Source: Mobula hypostoma
Taxonomy: Eukaryota
Length of the DNA: 64,000 bases
Assembly: GCF_963921235.1 (NCBI RefSeq)
Contig: NC_086097.1
Coordinates: 222,272,001-222,336,000 of the forward strand
Direction of reading: 5' to 3'
Shown: positions 24,794-39,074 of the stretch, piece after piece
How the letters are laid out: every line of letters starts with the position of its first letter
How positions within the stretch are numbered: the stretch's first letter is position 1
Program-made: the position numbers and the translations under genes
The notes under the pieces: model-generated
Seen by the model: only the letters and a program-made list of their open reading frames with translations
Told to the model about the DNA's origin: nothing
Database searches by the model: none

Positions 24794-24889
24794 ACTGCAT
24801 ACAGAACGCTCGACTGCCCTAACTGCTGCCTCCGTTACCTACTCTTAAGTTAATTAAATTAAGTTAAAGGAACTTACCCGGCCTTAATT

Positions 24890-25665
24890 AAGATTTTATT
24901 AAACCATACCTTATATCTTAAAGGATAAGTTATCTCGTTTTTATATGGAAATATCTCCCTACTGTGATAGGTGTAACAATGAAGAGGCTTCATTTATTCA
25001 TATGTTTTGGACATGCCCAAGTTTTGGAAAATATTGGAAGGAAGTATTCCAAAATTTTTCTGTACTCTTTAAAGTAAATTTTAAGCCTAATCCTTTGACT
25101 GCCCTATTCAATATTGTTGGAAGGAAAGATATCATCTCGAAGACATCTGATTTGCACATTCTGGATTTTATCTCTCTTATGGCTAGGAGGGCGCTTTTGT
25201 TTAAATGGAAGGATGCTGTTCTGCCTAATCATGCTCAGTGGTTACGGGATGTTATGGCATGCCTAAATTTAGAAATGATTCATTGTTCAATTTCTGAATC
25301 TAACTAAGATTTTCAAAATTTGTGGGGGCCATTTTTAATTATTTTCATAATCTTTGACTTCTCGTTAAAGTACAGAAGTTGGTTAATAGCATATTTTATT
25401 ATCTGATAAGGTTTTTTTTTTCTTTTCTCCCCCCCCCCCCCAACAGCTTTGACTTTGGTAGAGAGTATAGGTCTTTTTTTTTTATAAAATTGTTTATATT
25501 CTAATACACGAATTAATCTAATCTATATGAATATAGAATAAGGAGTTTGTTAATGTGATTCAATATACTGCATCTTGTATTATTATATCTTTTCTTTTGT
25601 TTTATAATATGTATTCTCTTGGACTCTGTATTCTATATAGAAATCAATAAAAATATTGAAAAGAA
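24890..25665 (+). mobile_element. L1 3' fragment (second L1 family)
   Basis: CCHC motif CDRC...HMFWTC in ORF 24945-25307; aataaaaatattgaaaag terminus, similar to 61352-61376. Confidence 0.85.
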
Positions 25666-26534
25666 ATTATATAAAATCATATCTGGGCAGATAAAATTGT
25701 ATGGTGTAAAGAAAATAAATGCAGATGAACATGTAGATTCATAAACACAGCCCAATAAAATCAGAAGGCTCTATAAGGTGGAAGAGAGATGAAAAAATGC
25801 AGTTGTTGAGGCTGAATCAGGAGACAGCAATTAATGGTGCATTAATTATGGGGGTAAAAGAAAACATTATTGGAAAAGGATATGGCATCAATCAATTCTT
25901 GAAGGAATTAGAAGAAAGATGAGAGAGAGCAGTGATTAAGTAAAAGTTTAAAATCATTGTTCAGCATTTGCTATATTCAAGTTTATTGTCATTTCAATGG
26001 TATACATGTATACCACCAAACAAAACAACATTCCCCCAGACCGAAGGACACAACATGGTATGTATAACTCACACACAACAGTTGACAGAAAAAGAAGGAA
26101 CTACAGAAAAAGAGATAATGTTGCTTTCAGGGTTTTACGAAATGAAATGTGTGATCATGGGGAAAAGAAAAAAAAACTCAAGCAGATAAATGGCAAGTTG
26201 TTGTACTGAAAAGCGGGCCTGCCAGCATAAGAAAATACTACATTCTATTTCTTGGGAAGGAGAGGTACATGGTTTTGAGGTCCCCAAATGCTGATCTATC
26301 AGATCTCAAGGCCGATCAACCAGATGAAGAAATGCCATAGTGGCTCCAAAACCCCAAACAAGTCAAGGGGAAGTTCATCTGAGCAGTTTCATTAATCCAT
26401 ATCCTCACAGGCAAATTTTTGAAAGTAGGATTACATTGTGGTTTCCACAAGTACAATAAAGAGGTGCAAAAGAATTACATTTGTGGAAGAGTCTGAGATT
26501 TATGGAGCTTGTTTGCAGCTATGGGTAGATGAGT

Positions 26535-29500
26535 GAAATTTCTGGATTGCTGTCAGTGCCACATGCCAGTAAGGGTAGAAACAGGATGATTTGGCAGATA
26601 AATGTGTAGCGGAGAAGTGGGTGCAGGGGGCAGGGCTTCAGGTTCTTGAATCATTGGGATCTCTTCTGGGGGAGGTATAACCTGTTCAAAAGTGATGGGT
26701 TTTACCAGAACCCGAGGGGGATCAAAATTCTTGCAGGCAGGTTTGTTAGAGCTATTGGGGAGGGTTTAAACCAACTTGGCAGAGGTGTGGGAATCAGAGT
26801 GAAGGGACTCAGGATAGCACAGATAGTGAGAAAGTAAATATAGCGTGCAGTCAAATTGTCAGGAAGAGCAGGCAGGTGATGGGGCTTAGTTGCAGCCAAC
26901 AGGCTGAGGATCAAATCATGAGGGATGCAGAATCAGAAAGGATAGCAAATACGGTACTCAACGTGTTGTATCTAAATGCACATAGTATAAGAAATAAGGT
27001 GGATGATCTAGTTGCAATATTATAGGTTGCCAGGTATGATGTTGTGGCCATCACTGAATCATGGCTGAAGGATGGTTGTAGTTGGCAGATGAATGTCCAA
27101 GGTTACACTTTATATCAGAGGGGTAGGAAGGTAGGCAGAGGGGGTGGTGTGGTTCTACTGATAAAGAATGGCATCAAATCAGTAGAAAGATGTGACATAG
27201 GATCGGAAGATGTTGAATGCTTGTGCGTTGAGTTAAAAAACTGTAAGGGTAAAAGGATGTAGATGGCAGTTATATACAGGTCTCCCAACAGTGGCTGGGA
27301 GGTGGACCACAGGTTACAATACAAAATAGAAAAGGCAAATCTAAAGGGCAATGTTATGGTAGTCACGGGAGATTTTAACATGCAGGTTGATTGGGAAAAT
27401 CAGGTTGGCAATGGATCTCGAGAGAGTGAGTTTGTTGAATGCCTAAGAGATGGCTTTTTAGAACAGTTTGTCATTGAGCCTATTAGGGGGTCAGCTATAC
27501 TGGATTGGTTGTTATGCGATGAAGTGGAGGTGATTAGGGAGCTTAATGCAAAAGAACCCTTATGAACCAGTGATCACAATATGATTGTGTTCAATTTGAA
27601 ATTTGATAGGGAGAAAGTAAAGTCTGATTTGATAGGGAGAGAGTAAAGCAGTATTTCAGTGGAGTAAGGGAAATTACAGTGGTCTGAGAGAGGACTTGGC
27701 CAAAGTAAATTGGAAGGAGATGCTGGCAGGGATGTCAGCACAGCAGCAATGGTGTGCGTTTCTGGGGAAAATGAGGAAGGTGCAGGACATGTGTATTCCA
27801 AAAATGAAGAAATAATCAAATGGTAAAATAGTGCACCCATGGCTGACAAGGGAAGTCAAAGCTATTGTAAAAGCAAATGAAAGGGCATGCAACAAAGAGA
27901 AATTAGTGGGAAGATAGAGGATTGGGAATTTTTTAAAAACCTACAGACAGCAACTAAAAAAATCATTAGAAGGGAAAAGATGAAATATGAAAGCAAGCTA
28001 GCAAATAATATCAAAGTGGATAGTAAAAGTTTTTTCAAGTATGTTAAAGATAAAAGAGCAATGAGAGTGGATATAGGACCACTGGAAAATGAGGCAGGAG
28101 AAATTATAACGGGGGACAAGGAGATGGCTAATTGACTAAATGAGTACTTTGCATCAGACTTCACTGTGGAAGACACTGACAGTATGCCTGATGTTGTAGT
28201 GTGTGAAGGAAAAGAAGTGGGTGCAGTTACTGTTACAAGAGAGAAGATGCTCAAAAAGCTGAAAGACCTAAAGGTATATAAGTCACCTCGACCAGAGGAA
28301 CTGCACACCAGGGTTCTGAAAGAAATAGCATTGGAAATTGTGGTGGCACTAGAAATTATAGTTTAAAGATCATTGGACTGAGGCACAGGGCCAGAGGACT
28401 GGAAAATTGCAAATGTTACTCCACTCTTTAAGCAGCAAGGCAGCAGAAGGGAAATTATAGACCACTTAGCCTTACCTCAGTGGGTGGGAAGATGTTAAGG
28501 GTCAATTGTTAAGGATAAGGTGATGGAGTACTTGGTGACACAGGACAAGATAGGACAAAGTCAGCATGGTTTCCTTCAGGGAAAATCCTGCCTGATGAAC
28601 CTGTTGGAGTTCTTAGAGGAGGTTACAAGTAGGATAGATAAGTAGGATGTAGTGGATGTTGTATATTTGGACTTTCAGAAGCCCTTTCACAAGGTGCCAC
28701 ACATGAGGCTGCTTACCACGTTAAGAGCCCGTGCTATTACAGGACAGTTGCTAGTATCATTGAAGAATTGGCTGATTGGAAGAAGGCAACGAGTGGGAAT
28801 AAAAGTATCCTTGTCTGGTTGGCTGGCAGTGACTAGTAGTGTTCCGCAGGGGTCAGTGTTGTGACCACTTCTTTTTATGCTGTATATAAATGATTCAGAT
28901 GATGGAATAGATAGCTTTGTTGCAAAGTTTGCAGATGATACGAAGATTGGTGGAGGGGCAGGTAGTGTTGAGGAAGCAGGCAGGATGCAGAAGGGCTTAG
29001 ACAAATTAGGAGAATGGGCAAGAAAGTGGCAAATAAATACAATGTTGGAAAATGCATGATCATGCACTTGGCAGTAGAAATAAATGTGTGGACTATTTTC
29101 TAAACGGGGTGAAAATCCAGGAACCTGAGATTCAGAGGGGCTTGGGAGTCCTTGTGCAGAATACCCTGAAGGTTAACTTACAGGTTGAGTCAGTGTTGCG
29201 GAAGACAAATGCCATGTTAGCATTCATTTCAAGAGGTCTAGAATACAAGAGCAAGGATGTGATGCTGAGGCTTTATAAGGCACTGGTGAGGCTTCATCTT
29301 GAGTATTGTGAACAGTTTTGGGCGGCTTATCTTAGAACAGATATGTTGGCATTGGAGAGGGTCCAGAGGAGGCTCACAAGGATGATTCCAGGAATGAAAG
29401 GGTTATCATACGAGAAACCTTTGATGGCTCTGGGTCTGTACTCGCTGGAATTCAGGAGAATAAGGGGGCATCTCATTGAAATATTTTGAATGTTGAAAAG

Positions 29501-29848
29501 CGAGACAGTGTAGGTGTGGAAAGGATGTTTCCCATGGTGGGATAGTCTAGGACAAGAGGGCACAGACTCAGGATAGAGGGTCGCCCTTTCAAAACAGAGA
29601 TATAGAGAAATTTCTTTAGCCAAAGGGTGGTGAATTTGTGGAATTTGTTGCCACATGCAGCTGTGGAGGACAGGTTGTTGGGTGTATTTAAGGCAGAGAT
29701 TGATAGGTTTTTGATTGGACACGGCATCAAAGATTACAGGGAGAAGGCTGGGAACTCGGTTTGAGGAGGAGCTAAAAGGATCACCCATGATTGAATGGCA
29801 GAGCAGTCTCGATGGGCCAGATGGCCTAATTCTGCTCCTATGTCTTAT
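26535..29848 (+). mobile_element. CR1 LINE, end of ORF1 plus near-complete disrupted ORF2
   Basis: Successive ORF pieces carry ITESWL, YRSPN, GDFN, YLDFQK, FADD and LVRLHLEYC; 3' UTR and tail present. Confidence 0.93.
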
Positions 29849-31600
29849 AGAAACATAGAAAACCTACAGCACAATACAGGCCCTTCAGCCCACAATGCTG
29901 TGCTGAACATGTACTTACTTTAGAAATTACCTAAGGTTGCCCATAGCCCCCTATTTTTCTAAGCTCCATGTACCTATCCAGGAGGCTCTTAAAAGACTCT
30001 ATCGTATCTGCCTCCACCACCGTTACTGGTAGCACGTTTCACACACTTACCACTCTCTGCCTAAAAAACTTACCCGACATCGCCTCTGTACCTACTTCTG
30101 AGCACCTTAAAACTGCGCCCTCTCATGCTAGCCATTTCAGCCCTGGGAAAAAGCTTCTGACTATCCACACGATCGATGCCTCTCATCATCTTATACAACT
30201 CTATCAGGTCACCTCTCATCCTCCACCGCTCCAAGGAGAAAAAGTCGAGTACATTCAACCTACTCCCATAAGGCATGCTCCCCAATCCTGGCAACATTCT
30301 TGTTAGTCTCCTCTGCACCCTTTCAATTGTTTTCTCATCATACCAGTAGTGAGGTAACCAGAACTGAGCACAGTACTCAAATTGGGGCCTGACCAGGGTC
30401 CTATATAGCTGTAACATTAACTCTCAGCCCTTAAACTCAATCCCACGGTTGTTGAAGGCTAATGCACCGTATACCTTCATAACCACAGAGTCAACCTGTG
30501 CAGCAGCTTTGAGTGTCCTATGGACTCGGACCCCCAAGATCACTCTGATCCTCCACACTACCAAGAGTCTTACCAGTAATACTATATTCTGCCATCTTAT
30601 TTGACCTACCAAAGTGAACCACCTCACATTTATCTGGGTTGAACTCCATCTGCCACTTCTCAGCCCAGTTTTGCATCCTATCAATGTCCCGCTGTAACCT
30701 CTGACAGCCCTCCACATTATCCACAACACCGCCAAACTTTTCTGTCATCAGCAAATTTACTAACCTATCCCTCCACTTCCTCATCCAGGTCTTTTATAAA
30801 AATCACGAAGAGAAGGGGTCACAGAACAGATCTGAGGCACACCACTGGTCACCGAACTCCATTCAGAATATGACCTGTCTACAACCACTCTTTTCCTTCT
30901 GTGGACAAACCAATTTTCGATTCATGCCTCCTTACTTTCTCAATACTTTCCTCATGGGGCACCTTATCAAATGCTTTGCTGAAATCTATATTCACTACAT
31001 CTACTGCTCTACCTTCATCAATGTGTTTAGTCACATCCTCAAAAAATTCAATCAGACTCGTAAGGCATGACCTGCCTTTGACAAAGCCATGCTGACTACT
31101 CCTAATCATATTATGCCAAATGTTCATAAATCCTGCCTCTCAGGATCTTCTCCATCAACTTACCAACTACTGAAGTAATACTCACTGGTCTATAATTTCC
31201 TGGGCTATCCCTACTCCTTTTCTTAAATAAGGGAACAACATCTGCAACCCTCCAATCCTCTGGAACCTTCCTGTCCCCATTGATGATTCAAAGATCATTG
31301 CCAGAGGCTCAGCAATCTCCTCCCTCACTTCCCACAATAGCCTGGGGAACATCGCACACGATCCCAGAGACTTATCCAACTTGATGCTTTCCAAAAGCTA
31401 AAGCACATCCTCTTTCTTAATGTCTATATTCTCAAGCTTTTCAGTGCGCTATGTCATCCCTACAATTGCCCAAGATCCTTTTCTGTAGTGAATACTGAAG
31501 CAAAGTATTCATTAAGTATCTCTGCTATTTCCTCCAGTTCCATTCACACTTTTCCACTGTCACACCTGATTGGTCCTATTCTCTTATGTCTTATCCTCTT
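29848..31600 (-). mobile_element. CR1 (TTCTATGT-tail subfamily) inserted tail-to-tail in the preceding CR1's tail
   Basis: Minus ORFs 30070-30417, 30518-30784, 30879-31127; host tail resumes as ggtcttatg at 31601-31609. Confidence 0.9.
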
Positions 31601-33119
31601 GGTCTTATGAAATTCCATAGGAATTTAAAGAGGCAGATAATCCAAGCAATATGGTTAAATATTTGAAGTTTGCATTTTACATATGCCATTGTGTTACAAG
31701 ATTTGCAGAGGCTGGACTAAAATCATCACCTTGCACTTCACACAACAAACTGGAAGAAGTCCATTTTCATATCTGCATGAAGTATAGGGCCGTGCAGTCC
31801 AACTGTGCAGCCATAATTTCTTGAGAGTAAGCAAAAAGAAATATTAATACTATCATTTAATAAAGCAGACTTAGATTCTATTCCAAAATGTTAATTGTTG
31901 GAGAAACTACAGCAGAAAATTAGAATACAGTTCAGAACATAAGGTTACAGGGAAAAGAAATTAAAGCAGATTAAGGAGCAAGCAAGAGATTGCTATTAAG
32001 TAGATCTGTTAAAAATAGCATTAGAGATCTAATTTATAGAAAGTAATTCTGCTATATAAAAAGATTTATAAGGTAGAAATAATCTAGGAGGTAAGAAGAC
32101 TAGGTAAATTATAAGGAATAGAAGCAACTGTAAAAAATAACAACAACCAAACAAAAATATGCAACATATTTTGCTGAAAACATCTCATCAATAAAGAATT
32201 TCTCAAATATTTTTTCACAATTAAAATGGGTGAAATGAAAAAAATATGGTAGATTATCTAGTCTAAATTTTGTGTGAATACATGTTTGTGTGAAAAAAGC
32301 CACAATTCTTCTCAGTTGCAAGAAAATAAGTTAAATAATTCTTAAGGATACAAGTATTCCTAAAACAGACAAAAATGCCTAGCTGCACCCTCAAATATAA
32401 AAGAAAATAAAATTTAAAATCCAATATGTTTTAAACTAAACTCAACAAAACTTGTTGATCTGAATTTGGTAATGTTCACTTTGTATTATTTCAGTGAGAA
32501 AGGTCCAACACAAACAGCTTTACTTATCTTACGTTTAATGCATTGCTGACCTGGTGCTTGGAAAATGAGCACCTCTTTATTTAGATTTTTAGAACAGATT
32601 TGACAAAAGCTCAAGATCAATAACTGTCATATGGAATAGTTCGGCAGAAGCTTTGTTTCAAATTAGGACGAAAAGGGAACATTTTTTAACTGGATAGAAT
32701 GTACACGAGTTTGGTATTATTGTTGATCTTAGTATCAATACTAATAAACCTTAAGATCAAGTGTTCTCTATTGTACCGCCATTGACACATATTTAACTTT
32801 TAGAGGTGTTGAGCATCAGCCTGCAAGAGCGTCATTCTTCCGAGAGTTGAAAAAAACTGAGCTTCTGCCTGCAAATTCTAACCTATTCCAGGTAGTGTCA
32901 CACATTTAAATACTGACCTTAATTAATAAACATTCCAGCCTGCATTTTGATGATCACTTCCCCATTTTCCTGTTGCCTCATTAGACAACATCTGACCTGC
33001 GCTGTCCTCTAAAAGATACCTTAAATTTGACTTCAGTAGACCTGCTTTGTAATTCTCAGACAGCAGCAAATCATCACTCACAGTTTAGATGTAAGCAGAG
33101 TGTCTCTGCCTTTTCATAT

Positions 33120-35800
33120 GGAAAACAAGGATATAGGATCAGGGTTAGGCAATCAGGCATATCACACCATCCCCACCATTTAACATGATGGTCCCAGCTC
33201 CACTTCTGTGCCACCACACCACACTCCTCTGTTTCTTAATCTATCAAGTTATTATCCAGCTTCATCTCAATTTCTTCTAATAATCCAGTTTCACCACCTG
33301 CCAGACTCCCATTTCATAATACCCCTACAGAAAAAAAAACGTTCTATGTAGCTCAGTTTAAATAACCAATTCCTTATCTTGTAGTTCTGTCCACTGTTTG
33401 AGAGTATCCCGTTAACACAAAACATTCCAACATTTATCCTGTAAAATCCCTTTAAGAATTGAAGGGAAGGAATTCTTTTAATGCCCACTGCTGCTGCCTG
33501 TGAAGTTTGTAGATTCTCCCACTGATTGGTTGCTCCAGTTTTCTCCAATAGTCTAAAGATGTACCGGTTGGTAGGTTAATTGGTCATTGTAAATTGTCCC
33601 ATGATTAGGCTAGGATTAAATTGGCGGATTGCCGGGCAGGCTTGAAGAGTGGCAAGGGTCTATTCCACGCTGAATCTCAATAAATAAATATTTGTCTGAA
33701 TAAGGTCACTTCTCATCCTTCTGAACTCCAAGGAATAGAGGCCCAAAGTACTTAGTCTCTCAGGTTAGGACGACACCCTTATTTCAGTAATTAGGCTGCT
33801 GAATCTTCTTTGTACTGCCTCGTATGTTACCACAGTTTATTTAGTTAGGGGGCAAAACTATATGCAGCATTCCAGGTGAGAAATCACTAATGCCCTGTAT
33901 AATAACAACGAAACCTCCCTATTATTAAACTCGAAGCACGTTGCAATGAAAGTCAAAATGCCCTTTGCCTTCTGAACTAATGTTGCTTCCCAGCTTGCAT
34001 TTTGTGATTTACGCACTCGAACATCTTGGTTCCTCTGTAGTTCATACCTTGCGGTCTCTCTCCATTTAGGTATTAGTCTGCCTTTTGATTCCTCTTACCC
34101 ACATTTCCCCACATTAAACAACATTTATCAGTCTTTTGTTAGTTGCGCAATCCATCTATATCCCATTGCACAATCCTTAACACAGCAAGCTCCTTAATTT
34201 TGTACCTTGCTAATAATAACGGTACAACTAAATGGCATATGGTTCACTACCTTCAGCCTTTCACATTGGTTGTTTTCCAATCTTTTGTTACCATCCGGAC
34301 TTTCCTGTGTTGTGGACATGTTATGTTGCACTGCAATGTGTGGTAACACTGTGGGCTGCCTCCAGCACACCCTCGGGTGTGTTAGTTGCTGACACAAACA
34401 ACTTATTTTACTATAAATTTTGATATGTAAGTGATAAATTTGGATCTTGAATCCCATGAAAACTTTCAATCAACGGGATCACTATCTCTACAACCAGTTC
34501 CTTCAGAACTACTGCTTGCTATTCATCAGGTCTTGGCAACTTGTCCACATCTGGTGCTGAGTTTCTCCAATCATTTTCTTTTGTAACTGGATATTTTATA
34601 AGTTCTACCTTGATATTTGGAATTAGCCCATATGATATCTAAGGGATATTAGCAATGTCTTCCACAGCAAAGACTGATCCAAAACATCTGCCATTTCTTT
34701 ATTTTTTGTTACTATACTGTATTACTTCACAATCCACCTTCTGCAGAGGCCCCAGATTTACCTTAGCAATTGCTTGCTATTTATGTATTCATAGAAATGT
34801 TTGATGTTCATTCTTATATTAATTTTCTCTCAAAATTGTTTAAAGTTTTCTTAATGCAAGTTTATGTAAGATTTTTCTCAAAATTAACTTTCTACCTTCT
34901 TTTTAACTTTTTAATTCTTCTGCTGGTGGATTCTAATCTTCATTGCACTCTAATCTACCAGGAGATAGATTGCCCCTGGGTTTCAATTTAACATTATTTT
35001 TTACCTTCTTTGTTAACCACAGACTGTGCCTTCTTCTCATTAAATCACTGCCTTTGATTGGGATAAACTCTAGGCTAGCTGCTTTGAATTTGCCACTGTT
35101 CCTCTACTGACCATCCCTTAAGTTTGTTTATACAGACTACCTTTGACAACTTCTCCCTTGTACCATAATAACTTCTATTATTTAAATTGAACACACTAGT
35201 ATTTGTCCTCAAACCGGAATTCTATCATATTGTGGTCACTATACCCTATGGAATCTCTAAATGGAAGATTCCTTATTAATTCTTTCTAACAAGACGAAAT
35301 CTAAAATAGTCCATTCTGGGATAGGCATATTACTGTAAAAAACAATCCCTGATGCAATCCACAGATTCTGTTTCTACAATACCCTTGTTGGTTTAGTTAT
35401 GAAATTTAAAATCTCCCATGAAAATTGCATTTCTCTTCAAACATGCCTTTCATTTTCCCCCATTTATGCTTTGACCTAATGAGAGGTCATCATTTGGGCA
35501 TCTACGTATATACTACTACCACAACCAGGTTCTTCCTTATCATGCTATTCATAATTTCAACCCAAAATGATTCCACATCACTACCCACTATCATGACTCG
35601 GAATCAATCTGGTTCCTTGCTTCATTAATGCCACCCCATATCTCTTCCTCTCACATTTGTTCCCCCTGAATGATCAACCTGGAACATTGATCACCCAGCC
35701 CTGGTCACTCGGCCACCATATTTCTGTTAGATCATATTCATATGTTGGTTCCTGTGCTTTCAACTTTGCTGTTTTGCTGAAGAGAGCTACATGCATTTAC
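33120..35800 (-). mobile_element. Old, highly degenerate CR1 remnants with later insertions
   Basis: Patchy similarity to minus-strand CR1 3' UTR and ORF2 (cttctcatccttctgaactcc, tttgccttc, atcatattgtggtcact); boundaries approximate. Confidence 0.5.
33500..33690 (+). mobile_element. V-SINE/HE1-like SINE 3' part
   Basis: gaagtttgtagattctcccc...ggtaggttaattggtcattgtaaattgtccc...ctcaataaataaata. Confidence 0.65.
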
Positions 35801-37351
35801 CATTGAGCCTTGATATTTTACAGTTATTTTAAACTCTGGATTTGTTCCATTTTGCATGCTTTCATTTACAGTATATCATCTACACGAGGCAGTCACAATA
35901 TGGCTGTCAGATTCCTGCTTACCATCCTGTGACACTGCTCTCTTACTTACTTCTGATTTGTAAACCTTCTGTTATTGGAGCCCTCTCCTGCCTATCCACT
36001 CACCCTCACCCCCTCCCCACTGAATCAGACTTATAAAATATCCTGTTCTTGGAGTCCTTCCCCCTCCTACTGTATCAGTCTTTACCTGACCAGCCCATCT
36101 GTGACTACGATCCACAACAATATGACTGAACCTTAACTGCCCTCTGAAGTGACTAAGCAAGCCACCCTTTCTAACAAAACCAGTACAAATTTCAATTAAA
36201 AGAAACTGGAGTAATAACCATGTGTCAGCCTTGACCTTGAAAAGCAGATTGGCACACCCCTGTTGACCCTGCAGTTTTCATTAACAGTTCGGGATTATGG
36301 AAAAATTGGAGCCAATGTGCCAGATGCTTCCTTCAACAACCCTAATAGGTAAATAAAGCTATAAGACCATGATATAGGAGCAAAATTTGGCCTTTTGGGC
36401 CATTGTGTTTGCTCTGCCATTCAATCATGGCTGATCCATTTTTCCCCTTCTCAGACCCACTCCCAACCTTCTCCCTGTAACCTTTGATACCATATCCAAT
36501 CAAGAACCTTTCCAGCTCTGCCTTAAACACACCCAATGACCTGGCCTCCATAGCTGCCTGTGGAAACAAATTCCACAAATTCACCACCCTCTGGCTAAAG
36601 AAATTTCTCTGCATCACTTTTTCAAAAAGAGGTGCAGAGAACCTATTGAAACCTATTGAAATGGACGCCACTCTATCTCGAGTCTGTGCCCTCTTTTCCT
36701 AGACTCCCCCACCATGAGAAATATCCTTTCCACATTTATTCTGTCTAGGCCTTACAGCATTCAAAACGTTTCAATGAGATCCCCCCTCCCTGACAAACCC
36801 AGAGCTATCAAACATTCCTCATATGATAACCCTTTCATTCCCAGAATCATCCTTGTGAACCTCCTCTGAACCCTTTCTAATGCCAGCACATCTTTTCTGA
36901 AATGGGGAACCCAAAACTGTTCATAATTCTCAAGCTGAGGCCTCATCAGCGCCTTATGAAGCCTCAGCATCACATCCCTGCTCTTGTATTCTAGAACTCT
37001 TGAAATAAATGCTAACATTGCATTTGCCTTCCTCACTACTGACTCAACCTGCAAGTTAACTTTTAGGGTGTTTTGCACAAGGACTCCCAAGTCCTTCTGC
37101 ATCTCAGAATTTTGGATTTTCTCCCCATTTAGTAAATAGTCTACACATTTATTTCTACTACCAAAGTACATAACAATGAATCTTCCAACATTGTATTTAA
37201 TTTGCCACTTTCTTGCCCATTCTCCTAATCTGTCTAAGTCCTTCTGCAGCCTACCTGCCCCTCCACCAATCTTCATATCATCTATGCAGATGGCTTTGTT
37301 GGCATCATCTGGCAACAAAGCCATCTATTCCATCATCTAAATCATTGATAT

Positions 37352-37917
37352 TTTTTGTGTTCGTCCATCGTTGACGTCGATGAGGACCTTGACACCATTT
37401 GATGGTGTCGAGACTAGCGCGTGATTTGGATTTAAGTGAGGAAGAGTTGCGCAGCGTCAGTCTCACTCTCTCTTCCCAATTCCCATCTGGATACAGTGGC
37501 AAGACAGAGTCGAGATGGCTGGAGATGGGACTAGGCGTAGTGGATGACCAGGACATCTCCTGTGTCTTGTCCTGATCTACACGTTCCACGACGCTTGCAG
37601 AGACTGCCTTCTTGACCGTTGGACCTTCCATTGGTCTCGTCCGCTCAATCCGCCGGAGTCTGTCTTCACATACTGGGATAGACAAATCCCTATCTCACCG
37701 AGGGTTTTGAGACCCGTTGGCTACCCTCACCTGGTTTAGCCAGCTTGTCGAAGCCGTTCCCCGAGGTGTGGCCGCTGTCGCATGCAAACAGCTACGAGGA
37801 GCCACAGGTGAGAGCTGAGTGCCAGGTGGGGACCAAAGGTGGACTAACCACCTTGAAAAGGACGCGACATGTTCCCCCACCAGAGGTGCTACCCCTCCCT
37901 GACAACCTATACACCCC
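37352..37917 (-). mobile_element. Non-coding 566-bp retroposon, possibly RTE-related
   Basis: 12-bp TSD AATCATT(G/A)ATAT (37340-37351 and 37918-37929); short A tail on the minus strand; CpG-rich; family is a guess. Confidence 0.7.
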
Positions 37918-38084
37918 AATCATTAATATACAGCATAAAAAGAGGTGGTCCTAACAACGACCCTCCGGAACACCACTAGTCACTGCAACAATCAGAAAAA
38001 GAATCTTTTATTCCCACTCATTGCCTCCTACCAATCAGCCAATGCTCTAACCATGCCAATAATTTCCCTATAATACCATGGGCT

Positions 38085-38292
38085 ACTATAGTCACTATTT
38101 TATTATTTCATACATTATTATTAAAAATTGCATATTATTGCACATTGGTAAATTATTGCGTATATTGATATACTGTATATTAGTTATTATATTTATTATT
38201 ATTGCTAAGTGTGTTTTTAAATGCTGCTGTAACAAAATAATTTCCCACTCAGGATCAAAAAGTACTTATTATTATTATTATTGTTATTACTA
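38085..38292 (+). mobile_element. AT-rich LINE 3' end with (TAT)n tail, inserted in CR1
   Basis: Interrupts CR1 ccatgggct|taacttg; ends taatttcccactcaggatcaaaaagta plus (TAT)n, similar to the end at ~8385-8405. Confidence 0.6.
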
Positions 38293-39074
38293 ACTTGTAA
38301 GCAGCCTCATGTGTGGCACCTTGCCAAAAGCCTTCTGAAAGTCCAAATATACAACATCCACTGCATCCCTTTTATCTATCCTATTGGACTCTCCTCAAGA
38401 ATTCCAACAGGTTCATTAGGCAAGATTTTCCCTTAAGGAAACTGTGCTGACTTTGTCCTATGTCACCATTACTCCATAACTTAACAATTGACTCTAACAT
38501 CTTCTCAGCAACTGAGGTCAGGCTACCTGGTCTATAATTTCCTTTCTGTTGCCTCCCTCATTTCTTAAGGAGTGGAATGACATTTGCAATTTTCCAGTTC
38601 TCTGGCACCATGTCAGAGTCCAATGATTATTGAAAAATCATTACTAATGCCTCCACGATCTCTAGTTACCTCTTTCAGAATCCTAGAGTGCAGTTCATAC
38701 TTATGTACCCTTAGGTCTTTCAGCTTTTTGAGCACCTTCTCCCTTGAACTAGTAACTGTTATCACTTCTTTTCCCTCACACCTTCAACATCTGGCACACT
38801 GCTAGTGTCTTCCACAGTGAAGAATGATGCAAAATAGTCATTTAGTTCATCTGCCAACTCCCTGGCCCCATTGTCTAACAGTTTTATATACACTCCCAAC
38901 TCTCTTCTATTTTTTATATACTTGAAAAAGCTTTTACTCTCCACTTTGACATTGTTTGCTAGCTTGCTTTCATATTTCATCTCTTCCCTCCTGACGATTC
39001 TTTTAGTTGCTCTCTGTAGGTTTTTAAAACCTTCCCAATCCTCTATCTTCCTGCTAGTTTTTGCTTTGTTGTAT

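Larger units (their letters stand above)
21248..24885 (-). mobile_element. Long CR1 LINE with ORF1, endonuclease region deleted
   Basis: (TTCTATGG)n tail at ~21250-21270; RT ORFs 22243-22866 and 21979-22209; ORF1 joins directly to the post-endonuclease ORF2 at ~23925. Confidence 0.92.
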
